A DNA stretch of 64,000 bases from a virus. Its lineage: Duplodnaviria; Heunggongvirae; Uroviricota; Caudoviricetes. This document shows, in pieces, positions 38,536 to 47,686 of the stretch; within the stretch, counting starts at the first letter, position 1; the number at the start of each line of letters is the position of its first letter. The position numbers were made by a program, and so were the translations under genes. The stretch lies in the IMG/VR virus record IMGVR_UViG_3300029288_007064; one strand, given 5' to 3'. Under the pieces are notes generated by a model. That model ran no database searches. It worked only from the letters and a program-made list of their open reading frames with translations, and was not told the DNA's origin.

Positions 38536-39566
38536 TCCAACACCGCTTGCTTATTCTCTATCATGAAATCAAATTTATCCTTTATAGCATTAACATCTCC
38601 CTTGTAAAACACATATAGTTGCTCATGCGCCTTCCCAACTTTTTTACTACCGTTGAACGTTCTAGTTGCGCGAATGGGCAACGTGCCAAACGGTTTTAAT
38701 ATTATTATTTCATTGTATTTTTTGCAACCGTTTCTTGTAAAAATATCAACCGTGCGTTCCGGAAAGTTTTTGTAATAACCACTCTTATCTCGTATATCTC
38801 CAACAACTATTGCATAAAAACTATTGTCATTTAATTTCTCTATGCTTTTCTTGATAATACTTTCATATACGGTCAAAAATGTGTCATAATCCATATTAGA
38901 TAAATCAGAAGGGTCATCACAATACGTTTCTAAATCGTGATATGGCGGACAAGTAAAAACAAAATCGAATTTTTCATTTATAGTATCTAACACTACATTG
39001 CTGTCTCCGGTGATATATGAAGGTTGATTGTTTGGTGTAATAACTTTACCTTGTTCTATATTTTCTTCTACTTGTTCCGCTCTAAGTTCTATTCCGGTGT
39101 ATTTGTAATCCAAATATGATGCTACTATTCCCCGAACGCTTCCCCCCGCGAAAGGGTCAAGTATTTTACCCTTTTTAACGCAAAACCATCTATACATTAT
39201 TTCACAAACAACAGGGTCAAAAACCGAAGTTCCTATCATGGGTTTTCTTCCGTATGCAACCCATTTTTCTTGAGTCATTAGCATGTTGCAAGGTGCGTCT
39301 CTCCCCTTTTCACTTTTAATTCCGAGCGAAAGCCAAAAATGTTTTCTATCTAACCAATAAGATTGCATTGAGTCTAAAATGCTAAAAGGTGGAACTATAA
39401 ATTTGTCAACTAATTTCTTGGGCGTTTGAACAACAAATGTTTTATTTGGGGTGCTAAGTATGGCGGGTTCTTCGGGCATTTTCTCCGTTAATTGTGTGGG
39501 TGCTACGGTTGGTATTTGTTCGTTCTGTTCGCCCGTAAAATAAGCGTCTAGTGCTTTTTGTGCCAT
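38532..39566 (-). CDS. DNA methyltransferase (motif I before motif IV)
   Basis: 344 aa. ILDPFAGGSVRGIVA (motif I) followed by FVFTCPPYHD (PPY motif IV). Confidence 0.75.
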   Translation of the reverse strand: MAQKALDAYFTGEQNEQIPTVAPTQLTEKMPEEPAILSTPNKTFVVQTPKKLVDKFIVPPFSILDSMQSYWLDRKHFWLSLGIKSEKGRDAPCNMLMTQEKWVAYGRKPMIGTSVFDPVVCEIMYRWFCVKKGKILDPFAGGSVRGIVASYLDYKYTGIELRAEQVEENIEQGKVITPNNQPSYITGDSNVVLDTINEKFDFVFTCPPYHDLETYCDDPSDLSNMDYDTFLTVYESIIKKSIEKLNDNSFYAIVVGDIRDKSGYYKNFPERTVDIFTRNGCKKYNEIIILKPFGTLPIRATRTFNGSKKVGKAHEQLYVFYKGDVNAIKDKFDFMIENKQAVLE

Positions 39567-39570
39567 AATA

Positions 39571-40062
39571 TCAACCCATCCATTGTTCTAAGTTCGTTAT
39601 TGGTTTCTTGTCTTTTATTTCAATTTTAACTTGCTCAATTTTCACTCCCAATTGTTCTGCTTGTTTTTTGTCAAAACCGAATGCCTTCACTAATCTTCTT
39701 TTTTCTTCTTCGTCAATTAATCCAATATTTTGTTTTAATTCACGTTCACTCCAATTAAAGTATCGTTTTAGAGAATCTCTCCAAAATAACAACTTTTCAT
39801 CTTTCTTACTCTTTTTCGTGAATTGCACCCAAGGTTGTTTTTGTTTTGGAATGGAATAATACATTATTGAATACCATAAGTTTTTCGGTATCCAAAATGT
39901 ATATTTATTTAATTCGTTGCATATCTTTGTATTTGGTTTATGTAATGCTAAGAAACGATTTACTATGAAAGGAGATATAGTAGTTTCGGTATTAAGTGGT
40001 GTTGCTTTAGAATAAAAATTGTTTATAAACCCGAATAAATCTTCCGCCATTATTCCACCCAA
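39571..40062 (-). CDS. hypothetical protein in replication cluster
   Basis: 163 aa, Trp/Tyr-rich. Confidence 0.35.
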   Translation of the reverse strand: MGGIMAEDLFGFINNFYSKATPLNTETTISPFIVNRFLALHKPNTKICNELNKYTFWIPKNLWYSIMYYSIPKQKQPWVQFTKKSKKDEKLLFWRDSLKRYFNWSERELKQNIGLIDEEEKRRLVKAFGFDKKQAEQLGVKIEQVKIEIKDKKPITNLEQWMG

Positions 40063-40194
40063 GTTCCTAAATTACTTTGCTTTGCGTTTGATATTTTGTG
40101 TATGCAAACCGACCCATATAATTGTCCATTCATTGATTTAGGATGCTTTAGTTTTCTATTGCATCGATAACATTTTTCTTCTTGTTCCATACAT

Positions 40195-41091
40195 TCACAT
40201 CAAATCTGATAACACTTCCAAGAATGCTAAAAAGTTTATACTTTCATCCGCAATAAATGTAGTTCGGTATAATCTTTCTGCTATTTCGATAAGTATTTTA
40301 CTTTTCTTCCTGGCTTCCATTTTTTCATTAAATACTCTATCGAATATATCTTTATATAAGTCTACATAATCTATATTATGTTCTTCTATCAATTGTTTTA
40401 TTTCCACCGTTTTCTTTTGTTTCATTAGTTCCCATATGGAATTAAAAACGCTAATATGTTCTACTAATGTTGATTTTGAAACCTTTCCGTTTTTAATAGA
40501 ATATTGTAAAGAATTTATGGTTTTTCTCAAATCAGGAAACTCACGATTTACTATATCTTTAAGTGCATCTTCCTCATATTCTATTTTCTCTTCCTTACAT
40601 ATTTTAATTAATCTATTTAGTATTTTTACTTTATCAGATGGTTTAAACTCAATAGATACTGTTCTTGAAATTAATGGTTCTATTATTTTATTCTTGTAGT
40701 TTGCAGTTAAAATAAATCTACAACTTCGTGAATACGTCTCCATTAAATTACGAAGAGATTGTTGCGCTTCACCAGTCATTCCGTCTGCTTCATCAAGACA
40801 TACTATGCGGATTTTATTATCTGAAACACATGCAAATGCTTTTATCTTATCACGAACTACTTGAATACCACGTTCGTCTGAAGAATTTAAAATTAAAACA
40901 TTAGACCCTATTTTATTTGCTATTATACGAGCCAATGTCGATTTACCAGTACCAGCTTTGCCATGAAATAACAAATGAGGAAGTTTTTCTTGTGGTGATT
41001 CTATCATGGAAATTATTTGATGCTTTATTGCATCATCTAGAATCATGTCGTCCAATTCTTTTGGTCTCCATTTTTCGCACAAGATATTCAT
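40195..41091 (-). CDS. replication factor C small-subunit-like clamp loader AAA+ ATPase
   Basis: 298 aa. WRPKELDD (RFC box II), PHLLFHGKAGTGKST (Walker A), CLDEADGM (DEAD), ISRTV (SRC-like). Confidence 0.9.
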   Translation of the reverse strand: MNILCEKWRPKELDDMILDDAIKHQIISMIESPQEKLPHLLFHGKAGTGKSTLARIIANKIGSNVLILNSSDERGIQVVRDKIKAFACVSDNKIRIVCLDEADGMTGEAQQSLRNLMETYSRSCRFILTANYKNKIIEPLISRTVSIEFKPSDKVKILNRLIKICKEEKIEYEEDALKDIVNREFPDLRKTINSLQYSIKNGKVSKSTLVEHISVFNSIWELMKQKKTVEIKQLIEEHNIDYVDLYKDIFDRVFNEKMEARKKSKILIEIAERLYRTTFIADESINFLAFLEVLSDLM

Positions 41092-41846
41092 GCCTTCGCC
41101 TCTTCTGTTTTTACCTCTTCATCTACTGTGAACGGTGGACATACATTAGTAAACTTCATTCCGTTCTTTTCGTAGTAAGTTTGCATTGGACCACCTTCCA
41201 TCATGGAAACTTTTATTTTTCCATTTGCATTGGCGAATAGACTTTCAAATCCAGCTTTGAAATAGGATTTTATATTGCCGACTCCAACAATAGATGTCTT
41301 TTCTACAAAATAATCCATTTTTCTATCACCAGAGCAAATATAAAGTTGCCCGTCTTTTATTCCAACTTCGTATATGGAATCCTTTCCTATTGCACCCGCA
41401 TTTGATATCGCATCTTGGAATAACTCAACATTTATATCAAACGTGTGTGTATATGGAATTGTTTTTGACATTTTAGCAACTTGGACATAATCCTTAGCTG
41501 GCATAACAAAATATGCTTCTTTTTCCCCAGCTTTAATAAGCAAGCGGTTATCTTGCGTTGCTACAGTAATCTTTTTCTTGAACCTTCCTAAATATCCAAT
41601 AAGTTTTACAATATCTATCGTAGATATGAATTCTTCGGGTTGTCCTTCAAAAGATGAAATAATCGCTTTTGGCATCTCTGCTTTTACCATTCTAGTCACT
41701 TCTGGGTTTTTAGCAGAACAAACCAAACCATCGGGAGAATATTCTATAAGAATTTCGACTATTTTCCCGTCATCACTACCCTTTATACCTTCGAGGTATT
41801 CCACTAGTGTTTCGACATCTATGTTAAATTTCATTTCAATCACCAT
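41088..41846 (-). CDS. PCNA-like sliding clamp (candidate)
   Basis: 252 aa, the size of a two-domain PCNA, between RFC and primase with 4-nt overlap. No decisive motif by eye. Confidence 0.5.
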   Translation of the reverse strand: MVIEMKFNIDVETLVEYLEGIKGSDDGKIVEILIEYSPDGLVCSAKNPEVTRMVKAEMPKAIISSFEGQPEEFISTIDIVKLIGYLGRFKKKITVATQDNRLLIKAGEKEAYFVMPAKDYVQVAKMSKTIPYTHTFDINVELFQDAISNAGAIGKDSIYEVGIKDGQLYICSGDRKMDYFVEKTSIVGVGNIKSYFKAGFESLFANANGKIKVSMMEGGPMQTYYEKNGMKFTNVCPPFTVDEEVKTEEAKA

Positions 41847-42887
41847 TTATACGTACACATTATGATTACAATCTTTGAAAAAACAAAAACCATTTTGCAC
41901 CAAAGTTTGATGCGAAGGGAAGAACCAATCATCACCCTTCTTCCTATAAACGTATTCCAATTGATTTTCACATTTCTTTCCATTGTACCTCTCATGTATT
42001 TTTCCTACACAATGATAATATTTTTCTGATATCAAATATTTCTTCAGAACACTATCTATCATTTTTAATGTATAACCCGTTTCCATCAAATATGTAATAA
42101 TGACTCCTCTCTCCCTGTGATTAGGGTTCCCCTTTTTTAAATGGTACGCAACACACTTGGGGAGGGAGGATAAAAACTTGTCATCTTTAACTTCCGCAAT
42201 AACATCTTCATTTACTTGAGCATTTTGCAAGTTATTCGTAAAGAATTTGGAATAACCTTCTAGTTTCAATAATTTTTCTCCTTCTATTTTATAGGATTTA
42301 CGCTGTTGTTTTGCTATTTCAGAGATTTGTTCTTCTGAAAGAGACAGCAATTCGTCACCGGAGAGTGGAATAGCATACCTCATACGTTTTGTATTCAGAG
42401 TAAAGGGTATTGTTGCTATTCGTGCTAAATCACCTACTACTTGGTGGTCTACGGTCACATCTAATTCTTTTTCCAAATAAAATTGGAATCCTCTTAATTC
42501 TGTTTTATCTGTAGTTTCTTCTGTAAAAACGTAAATATGAAATCCCTTACCGGAAAAAATAACTACATGCTTTATATTTCTTTCTATGAGCCACTTGTGG
42601 ATTTTTCTTGCGTTGGAAATGCCGTCATCCAAATCTATGAAAACAGACGTTATGCTAGGTGTTCTGTTTTTGTCATGATAATCATATACCGTTGCAAAAC
42701 AACGTGTTGTTCCATTTGTTTTGTTTATTAAATCCGATAACTCATTCATATTATTTACTTTGATTCTGTACGGGCGAGCGAATTCCCGTGGAAATTTATT
42801 ATAAAGTATCTTTAGTAGCCCCATCTTCCTTCCCCTCCTCTTCAAGCAAATCTTCGTCATCTGTCCAATGTGAACACGTTTCTGCAT
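41847..42887 (-). CDS. archaeo-eukaryotic primase (AEP) superfamily primase / PrimPol-like with C-terminal Cys/His cluster
   Basis: 346 aa. Motif I VFIDLDD, motif II SGKGFHIYV, motif III HQVVGDLARIATIPFTLNTK. Start may be an internal Met (42824 or 42749) because of overlap with the next ORF. Confidence 0.7.
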   Translation of the reverse strand: MQKRVHIGQMTKICLKRRGRKMGLLKILYNKFPREFARPYRIKVNNMNELSDLINKTNGTTRCFATVYDYHDKNRTPSITSVFIDLDDGISNARKIHKWLIERNIKHVVIFSGKGFHIYVFTEETTDKTELRGFQFYLEKELDVTVDHQVVGDLARIATIPFTLNTKRMRYAIPLSGDELLSLSEEQISEIAKQQRKSYKIEGEKLLKLEGYSKFFTNNLQNAQVNEDVIAEVKDDKFLSSLPKCVAYHLKKGNPNHRERGVIITYLMETGYTLKMIDSVLKKYLISEKYYHCVGKIHERYNGKKCENQLEYVYRKKGDDWFFPSHQTLVQNGFCFFKDCNHNVYV

Positions 42888-43095
42888 TTAATTGATATTG
42901 ATGAACCATTCCACACATTGAACATTTATACAACATAATAGTAGTAAGATTATATTTTGGGTCTCTAGGCATACCCATACAACATTTGTTTCTAACTTCT
43001 TCTGACCTATATTGCTTACCACAGGTTTGACAAATATAAAAAGTAATGGGAATAGCACGAATAACTTTTTGCTTATTCCCTTCTTCTGTGGTCAT
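42799..43095 (-). CDS. zinc-ribbon protein
   Basis: 98 aa; CQTCG...CSMCG. Confidence 0.4.
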   Translation of the reverse strand: MTTEEGNKQKVIRAIPITFYICQTCGKQYRSEEVRNKCCMGMPRDPKYNLTTIMLYKCSMCGMVHQYQLNAETCSHWTDDEDLLEEEGKEDGATKDTL

Positions 43096-43115
43096 TATGT
43101 ATCACCCTATATATA

Positions 43116-44000
43116 CTATTCTCCCAACGGTTTTAGTTCTTTTATTTTATCAAAAGTTAATTCTTCAATTGGTGTTGTAGGTGGTCTCCTTATTCCACAT
43201 TTTTCACATACTGCTATATATTTTCCATTTGATTTCTTCATATTAAAAATTAAATCAGAAGAGAAAGGAATATCTTTTTGGCATCTAATTTTTTCCTTAT
43301 TCTGTGCAAGAGCATTCCCTACTTGATATTCAGGTACGGACTTTTCTCTTGCTGTGAATACTACAAAAATTCCTTTCTTAACAAGAGAACGTAGTATTCT
43401 TACTATACCATCATGTTTATTTGTAGCTACTTTCCAGTCGAGTTGACTCAATACTGTTTGCATATCAGCATCAGCACGTGCTTCTCCTTTCTTTGTTCGC
43501 ATAGTTGATAATTTATCAAACATATAAGCCATGCACCATCCCCAACAATCAGTTACACTATCAATTACTAATGTTCCTCCTTTTATTTTTCCACTATTTA
43601 CCGCCTTTACATAAGATGAAAGAAAATCCGTTAAGTTATTTATGCTAGCAACTTCATCAAATATATCATCCATGCTTCTATTTACATTCTCTTTTATTTC
43701 TGTTGGTTCAAATACATATATTTTCTTTCCTTTATGAAGCTGTTTAGTATTAATTGCTCTGTTTTCTGTATCAATAACAAATATAGGTTCCTGGAATGTA
43801 AATGCAGTAAAAGTTTTTCCTGTAGCGGTATCCCCGTACAAAAGAGTAACAAAACCTCTCTTCTTTACATCTTCTTCGGTTATTTCTTCAAACCCTTCGT
43901 ATGTAAATGGATCATCAGAAACTTCTTCTTTCTTTGGTAAAGAAGAAGGAGAAGAAGATGGAATTTTTATTCCATCAAGTACTCCTACCATACTTACCAT
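43116..44000 (-). CDS. RecA-superfamily P-loop ATPase (Sak4/AAA_24-like or DnaB-core-like; exact family unresolved)
   Basis: 294 aa. Walker A LLYGDTATGKTFTA; Walker B-like TLVIDSVTD; C-terminal CEKCG zinc ribbon. Confidence 0.5.
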   Translation of the reverse strand: MVSMVGVLDGIKIPSSSPSSLPKKEEVSDDPFTYEGFEEITEEDVKKRGFVTLLYGDTATGKTFTAFTFQEPIFVIDTENRAINTKQLHKGKKIYVFEPTEIKENVNRSMDDIFDEVASINNLTDFLSSYVKAVNSGKIKGGTLVIDSVTDCWGWCMAYMFDKLSTMRTKKGEARADADMQTVLSQLDWKVATNKHDGIVRILRSLVKKGIFVVFTAREKSVPEYQVGNALAQNKEKIRCQKDIPFSSDLIFNMKKSNGKYIAVCEKCGIRRPPTTPIEELTFDKIKELKPLGE

Positions 44001-45010
44001 TCTCCTGTTACCTTAGTTGGCTCTGCTACTTCCTCGTTTTTCTTTACGAACTCCGGAGATAACCAATAAAGTATAGAATTTGCTGCGATACTTTTAGTTT
44101 CTGCATTATATCCAGAAATTTCGCAAAGAATATTTATAGAATAATTTTCAACTATTCTTTGTCCATTCAATGTTTGTGCATATACCTTTATTTGAGATAT
44201 TGTATCAAAATCTGGGGTATCTAAGGTTATCTCATATTTCTTATCATCACCAACATCCCCTCTTACGTTTTGCACTAGGAAGTTTTTTAACAAAACCCTA
44301 GAGTTTTTGTTATCTTTTATTTTAATTAATTCATCAAAACTTCCTTCTTTGCTATAATCTATTGTCAAAACATCTTTGCAAAATAGTTCTGAAATAGTTG
44401 ATATTTCTTCTGGTTTTGCTTTTTCTAGAACCTTTGCATCGTTTCCATACAATTGATAATACATTTTATTTTCTGTAGACCACTTAGTTATTTTTTGTGC
44501 TCTAACAACTATCTCGTGTCCGATAATTATTTTATTTGCTATTTCTGGTAACCGTATTTCTAAATCTACTGGGATTATCTTACCATTTACATTCGTAACG
44601 CAATAAAATATCGCTTTAAAATCTTGTGTGGGGATTACTTTTCCTGCCCTTTTTGCATCGGTATATAAGTAATTTCCCTCATCATCTATCATTCCAAGAT
44701 TTATTGCTTCTTCTTTTCCTTTACTAGATATTACTCTTTTTATTTTATCACGACTTTTTTTTGCCCAATCAATGGATGTAGAACCCAATACTATTAATGA
44801 AACATTCTCAATTCCTTGCCTAGTTTTCAATTTCAAAGAAGACCTTGTTCTTTCATACGCTCTCTCTTTAATGACTTCTTCGGGTGCTTCAATAGTTTCC
44901 TTTAGAGTTTTAAAATTTTCCTCAAAAAGCCCCGTTACTTCCTCAAAATTCAATCCGGTTTTCTGGGCTAGCGCCCTCAACTTTTCATTCATCGTATCAC
45001 CGATTAACAA
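43994..45010 (-). CDS. hypothetical replication-cluster protein, possible OB-fold ssDNA-binding protein
   Basis: 338 aa; first gene next to the iteron region; beta-rich repeated segments. Weak call. Confidence 0.3.
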   Translation of the reverse strand: MLIGDTMNEKLRALAQKTGLNFEEVTGLFEENFKTLKETIEAPEEVIKERAYERTRSSLKLKTRQGIENVSLIVLGSTSIDWAKKSRDKIKRVISSKGKEEAINLGMIDDEGNYLYTDAKRAGKVIPTQDFKAIFYCVTNVNGKIIPVDLEIRLPEIANKIIIGHEIVVRAQKITKWSTENKMYYQLYGNDAKVLEKAKPEEISTISELFCKDVLTIDYSKEGSFDELIKIKDNKNSRVLLKNFLVQNVRGDVGDDKKYEITLDTPDFDTISQIKVYAQTLNGQRIVENYSINILCEISGYNAETKSIAANSILYWLSPEFVKKNEEVAEPTKVTGEW

Positions 45011-45124
45011 TAGTATTCGCTTACCTTATTTAAATACTTTGTGGTACTCCTTTTTGTTTATAAATCTACGTTAATTTAGTATTTTTAAAACTCCACTTTC
45101 TATAACTAATTTATGCAATCTTTT

Positions 45125-45336
45125 CTTCGACGTGAAATTTAATTTCTACGACGTAAAAGTTTAAATTTTAAACCAAAACATCAAAAAATATTTTTCTACC
45201 GTCGTGAAATTTGGTTTAAAAAATAAACCACGAACACGGAAATATAAATTCACCGTCGTGACGGTTTAAAAATTAAACCACTTTTGCGAAAAATAAAAAT
45301 TTACCGTCGTAAATTCCGGTTTAAAAATTAAACCGG
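45125..45336. repeat. iteron array: four ~51-55 bp direct repeats, each with a CCGTCGTGA-type box and a GGTTTAAAAATTAAACC palindrome (putative replication origin)
   Basis: Palindromes centred near 45166, 45221, 45271 and 45326. CGTCGT boxes at 45128, 45148, 45200, 45253 and 45303, with another at 45494. Lies between divergent replication genes and the plus-strand block. Confidence 0.7.
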
Positions 45337-45578
45337 ATATCAACACCGCTATTTTATACTAACTATAACGAATAGGCAAAGGTTTAAGAAACCTTGTGAA
45401 AACAAAGATTTAAATAACTTTGCAAAGAAGAATTATTGAAACTATTATTTTGTTGAACACGTTTCTACCGCCATGTTTTTGGCGACCAAAATATTCACTG
45501 TCGTAAAATGTCGGAAAAAGCAAAGGATTAAAAAGAGGGACTACCTAATATAAGAGATTGGAAGAATAGGTGATTGGA

Positions 45579-45749
45579 ATGGGTCCGAAAAAATGTACTT
45601 TTTGTGGAAAAGAATTAAGATATAAAGATGGGATTTTTTGTAAAACTGATTTAGAATGTAAAAAAGTAAGAGCTCTTGAAACTATTGCGGATAGACTCCT
45701 TTCTATTGAATGTATTCTTGAAAATATTTATAATACATTAGAAAAATAA
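45579..45749 (+). CDS. zinc-ribbon protein
   Basis: 56 aa MGPKKCTFCGKELRYKDGIFCK...; preceded by AGGTGATTGG SD-like sequence. Confidence 0.35.
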   Translation: MGPKKCTFCGKELRYKDGIFCKTDLECKKVRALETIADRLLSIECILENIYNTLEK

Positions 45750-45767
45750 ACTTCAATAATTATTAAG

Positions 45768-45989
45768 GTGATTAGAATGGAAAACAAAGAATGGAGAAAA
45801 ATAATTTATGATGATTATGGTAGAGCTACTCCCAAAAGTGGTATATTTGTTCGAGAAGATACCGATTTCGTCTACTTAATGACAAATGAAGAGAAAAATA
45901 TAATAGAAGCAATTCAGAAAAAGAAAATAGTTCGAATGGAAATTAGAATGGATGAAACATCTTCCAAAGAAGGTGAGCGGGATGTCTAA
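45768..45989 (+). CDS. small hypothetical protein
   Basis: 73 aa. Confidence 0.3.
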   Translation: MIRMENKEWRKIIYDDYGRATPKSGIFVREDTDFVYLMTNEEKNIIEAIQKKKIVRMEIRMDETSSKEGERDV

Positions 45990-47349
45990 CTATGATGTGT
46001 TACTAGATGCTTATATAAAGTTATTCAAAGAAAGAGTAGCACTTAGTGAGCGTCTTATCAAACCGTATCTTCATGTCTTTCTTGGTCAAGCATTGTGTAA
46101 TTATACTCGAACAGATTCAAATAAAAAGAAAGAATATTATTTTAGAACATCAGGTTACTATTCCGCAATAGGAGAAACTATTGTTTCTAATCGTATAAAT
46201 ATTTTTTCTTATCAATCAACAGGAACCGGAAAAGGAATCGTAATGAAATTTAATCGTACTTTATTCGATGCGTATGGAATATCTTCTATTTATGCAGATT
46301 CTTCTGTTAGTTCACAATGGCTTAAAGGAGGCAATGATACGCAAAGCAAACAAACAAAATGGATCGATGGCACTCTACAAGGATATCATTGTGTAATGTG
46401 GTCAGAAGGAGAAAATATTGTTCAGCCAAACAAACAAGAATATGGAGATTTTGGTACGACTTTACGTTCCGTATTGGATGAACCTGGAGAGTACTCTTTC
46501 GGAACAAGAAAGGATTTAAATAAAGACGGAACTTCACCTATTTTTTATACGAACGCTAGTATCTGTTCAGCCGCTATCATTAATCAAACAACGCTTAATA
46601 ATTCCATCCTTAGTAATGGTACTCTTCAAAGGTTTCTATTGACTTATAATTTACTTTCAAAAGAAGAAAGTGCAAAACTAAGAGACGAAATAGATAATAG
46701 AGATGCAACGACCAAATATTATAATGAAAAAGAAGAAGAATTAAAAAAGTTTTGTGATATAGCAAAAGGAATCATTACACCATTAAAAAATAAAAACGAC
46801 CATTGGAACAAAATAGGTTTTAATTTATCTATCATGAAAGACTATTCGAGAGGAAGAAGGGAAATTGAAGATAAAATTTTAGAGCAATTTCCAGATGGCG
46901 AAAAACAAAATTTAATGCAAGGTTTTTTCAATAGAAACATTATGTATGATAAAAAAATAGCTAGTCAAGTCGCAATTATTAACGGATGTTCGGAAATAGG
47001 TTTAGATGAGCTTAAGATAGGGACAGAAATTGCTATAAAAGGAATGGATGCAATTTCATCTTTATTTACAAAAAAATATCTACCTTCGTTAGATAAAGAC
47101 GACGCAGTCCGTTTGCTTATTATTTATAACGCAATCGAACTTATTACGCAAGAAGGCAAAGTTCCTACGCAAAGTAGACTTGTTTTTGCTTTGCTAAATT
47201 TATTTAAAAAGGATTGGGATTTAGGAGAGAATAGAACTAAAGACTTTCTTACAGATTTAGTTGCGGGAAAGTATCTAATTTTAAAGAAAGGCGAGAGAAA
47301 CGCAAATATTTATCAAGTTCCTCTCACGGCAGCAAATAATCCATCATAG
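45952..47349 (+). CDS. candidate replication initiator: divergent AAA+-like protein with C-terminal winged-helix-like region (likely start at ATG 45982)
   Basis: 465 aa. Degenerate Walker A QSTGTGKG, Walker B-like VLDEPGE about 85 aa later, sensor-1-like FYTNAS. Flanked on both sides by repeat-rich non-coding regions. Confidence 0.35.
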   Translation: MKHLPKKVSGMSNYDVLLDAYIKLFKERVALSERLIKPYLHVFLGQALCNYTRTDSNKKKEYYFRTSGYYSAIGETIVSNRINIFSYQSTGTGKGIVMKFNRTLFDAYGISSIYADSSVSSQWLKGGNDTQSKQTKWIDGTLQGYHCVMWSEGENIVQPNKQEYGDFGTTLRSVLDEPGEYSFGTRKDLNKDGTSPIFYTNASICSAAIINQTTLNNSILSNGTLQRFLLTYNLLSKEESAKLRDEIDNRDATTKYYNEKEEELKKFCDIAKGIITPLKNKNDHWNKIGFNLSIMKDYSRGRREIEDKILEQFPDGEKQNLMQGFFNRNIMYDKKIASQVAIINGCSEIGLDELKIGTEIAIKGMDAISSLFTKKYLPSLDKDDAVRLLIIYNAIELITQEGKVPTQSRLVFALLNLFKKDWDLGENRTKDFLTDLVAGKYLILKKGERNANIYQVPLTAANNPS

Positions 47350-47367
47350 ATAAAATCGTAGAACTTC

Positions 47368-47686
47368 CAGTTATTTAATTTTTAAGCCAGTTATTTACTA
47401 GTTCTATGGGCACGTTCTACGTCGTTAAATTTCAGTTATTTAAATAACTAAACTATATAAAAAACACCGTCGAGCGCCAACCTTGATTTCTCGGTATACA
47501 ATCCACAAATACAAGCGTGTAAACAAGATATTCACGTCTGAGAACTAGGTAATACAAGAACCGTGTAACTAGTTTTTTTATATCTCCTTATAGTTGTTTA
47601 TAAATAACTAAATAACTGGCATGTTTTCACGACGTAAAACTAAGAAAAAACCACCCTTAAATAACTGTAAATAACTAAATAACTGA
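47368..47686. repeat. non-coding region with about 9 copies of AAATAACT/AGTTATTT in two inverted clusters, a perfect 16-bp palindrome AGTTATTTAAATAACT (47434-47449) and inverted ACGTCG boxes
   Basis: Left cluster AGTTATTT at 47369, 47389 and 47434. Right cluster AAATAACT at 47602, 47610, 47659, 47669 and 47677. CGTCGTTAAA at 47420 versus CGACGTAAAA at 47630. Confidence 0.65.

Noticed and set aside
37345-39566. Complete restriction-modification system
   Set aside because: No candidate endonuclease (PD-(D/E)xK, HNH or GIY-YIG by eye) adjacent to either methyltransferase. Interpreted as orphan MTases.
45125-45336. Possible CRISPR array
   Set aside because: The repeats are not identical direct repeats separated by unique spacers. 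The units contain internal palindromes and variable boxes (iteron-like), there is no leader or cas gene context, and there are only four units.
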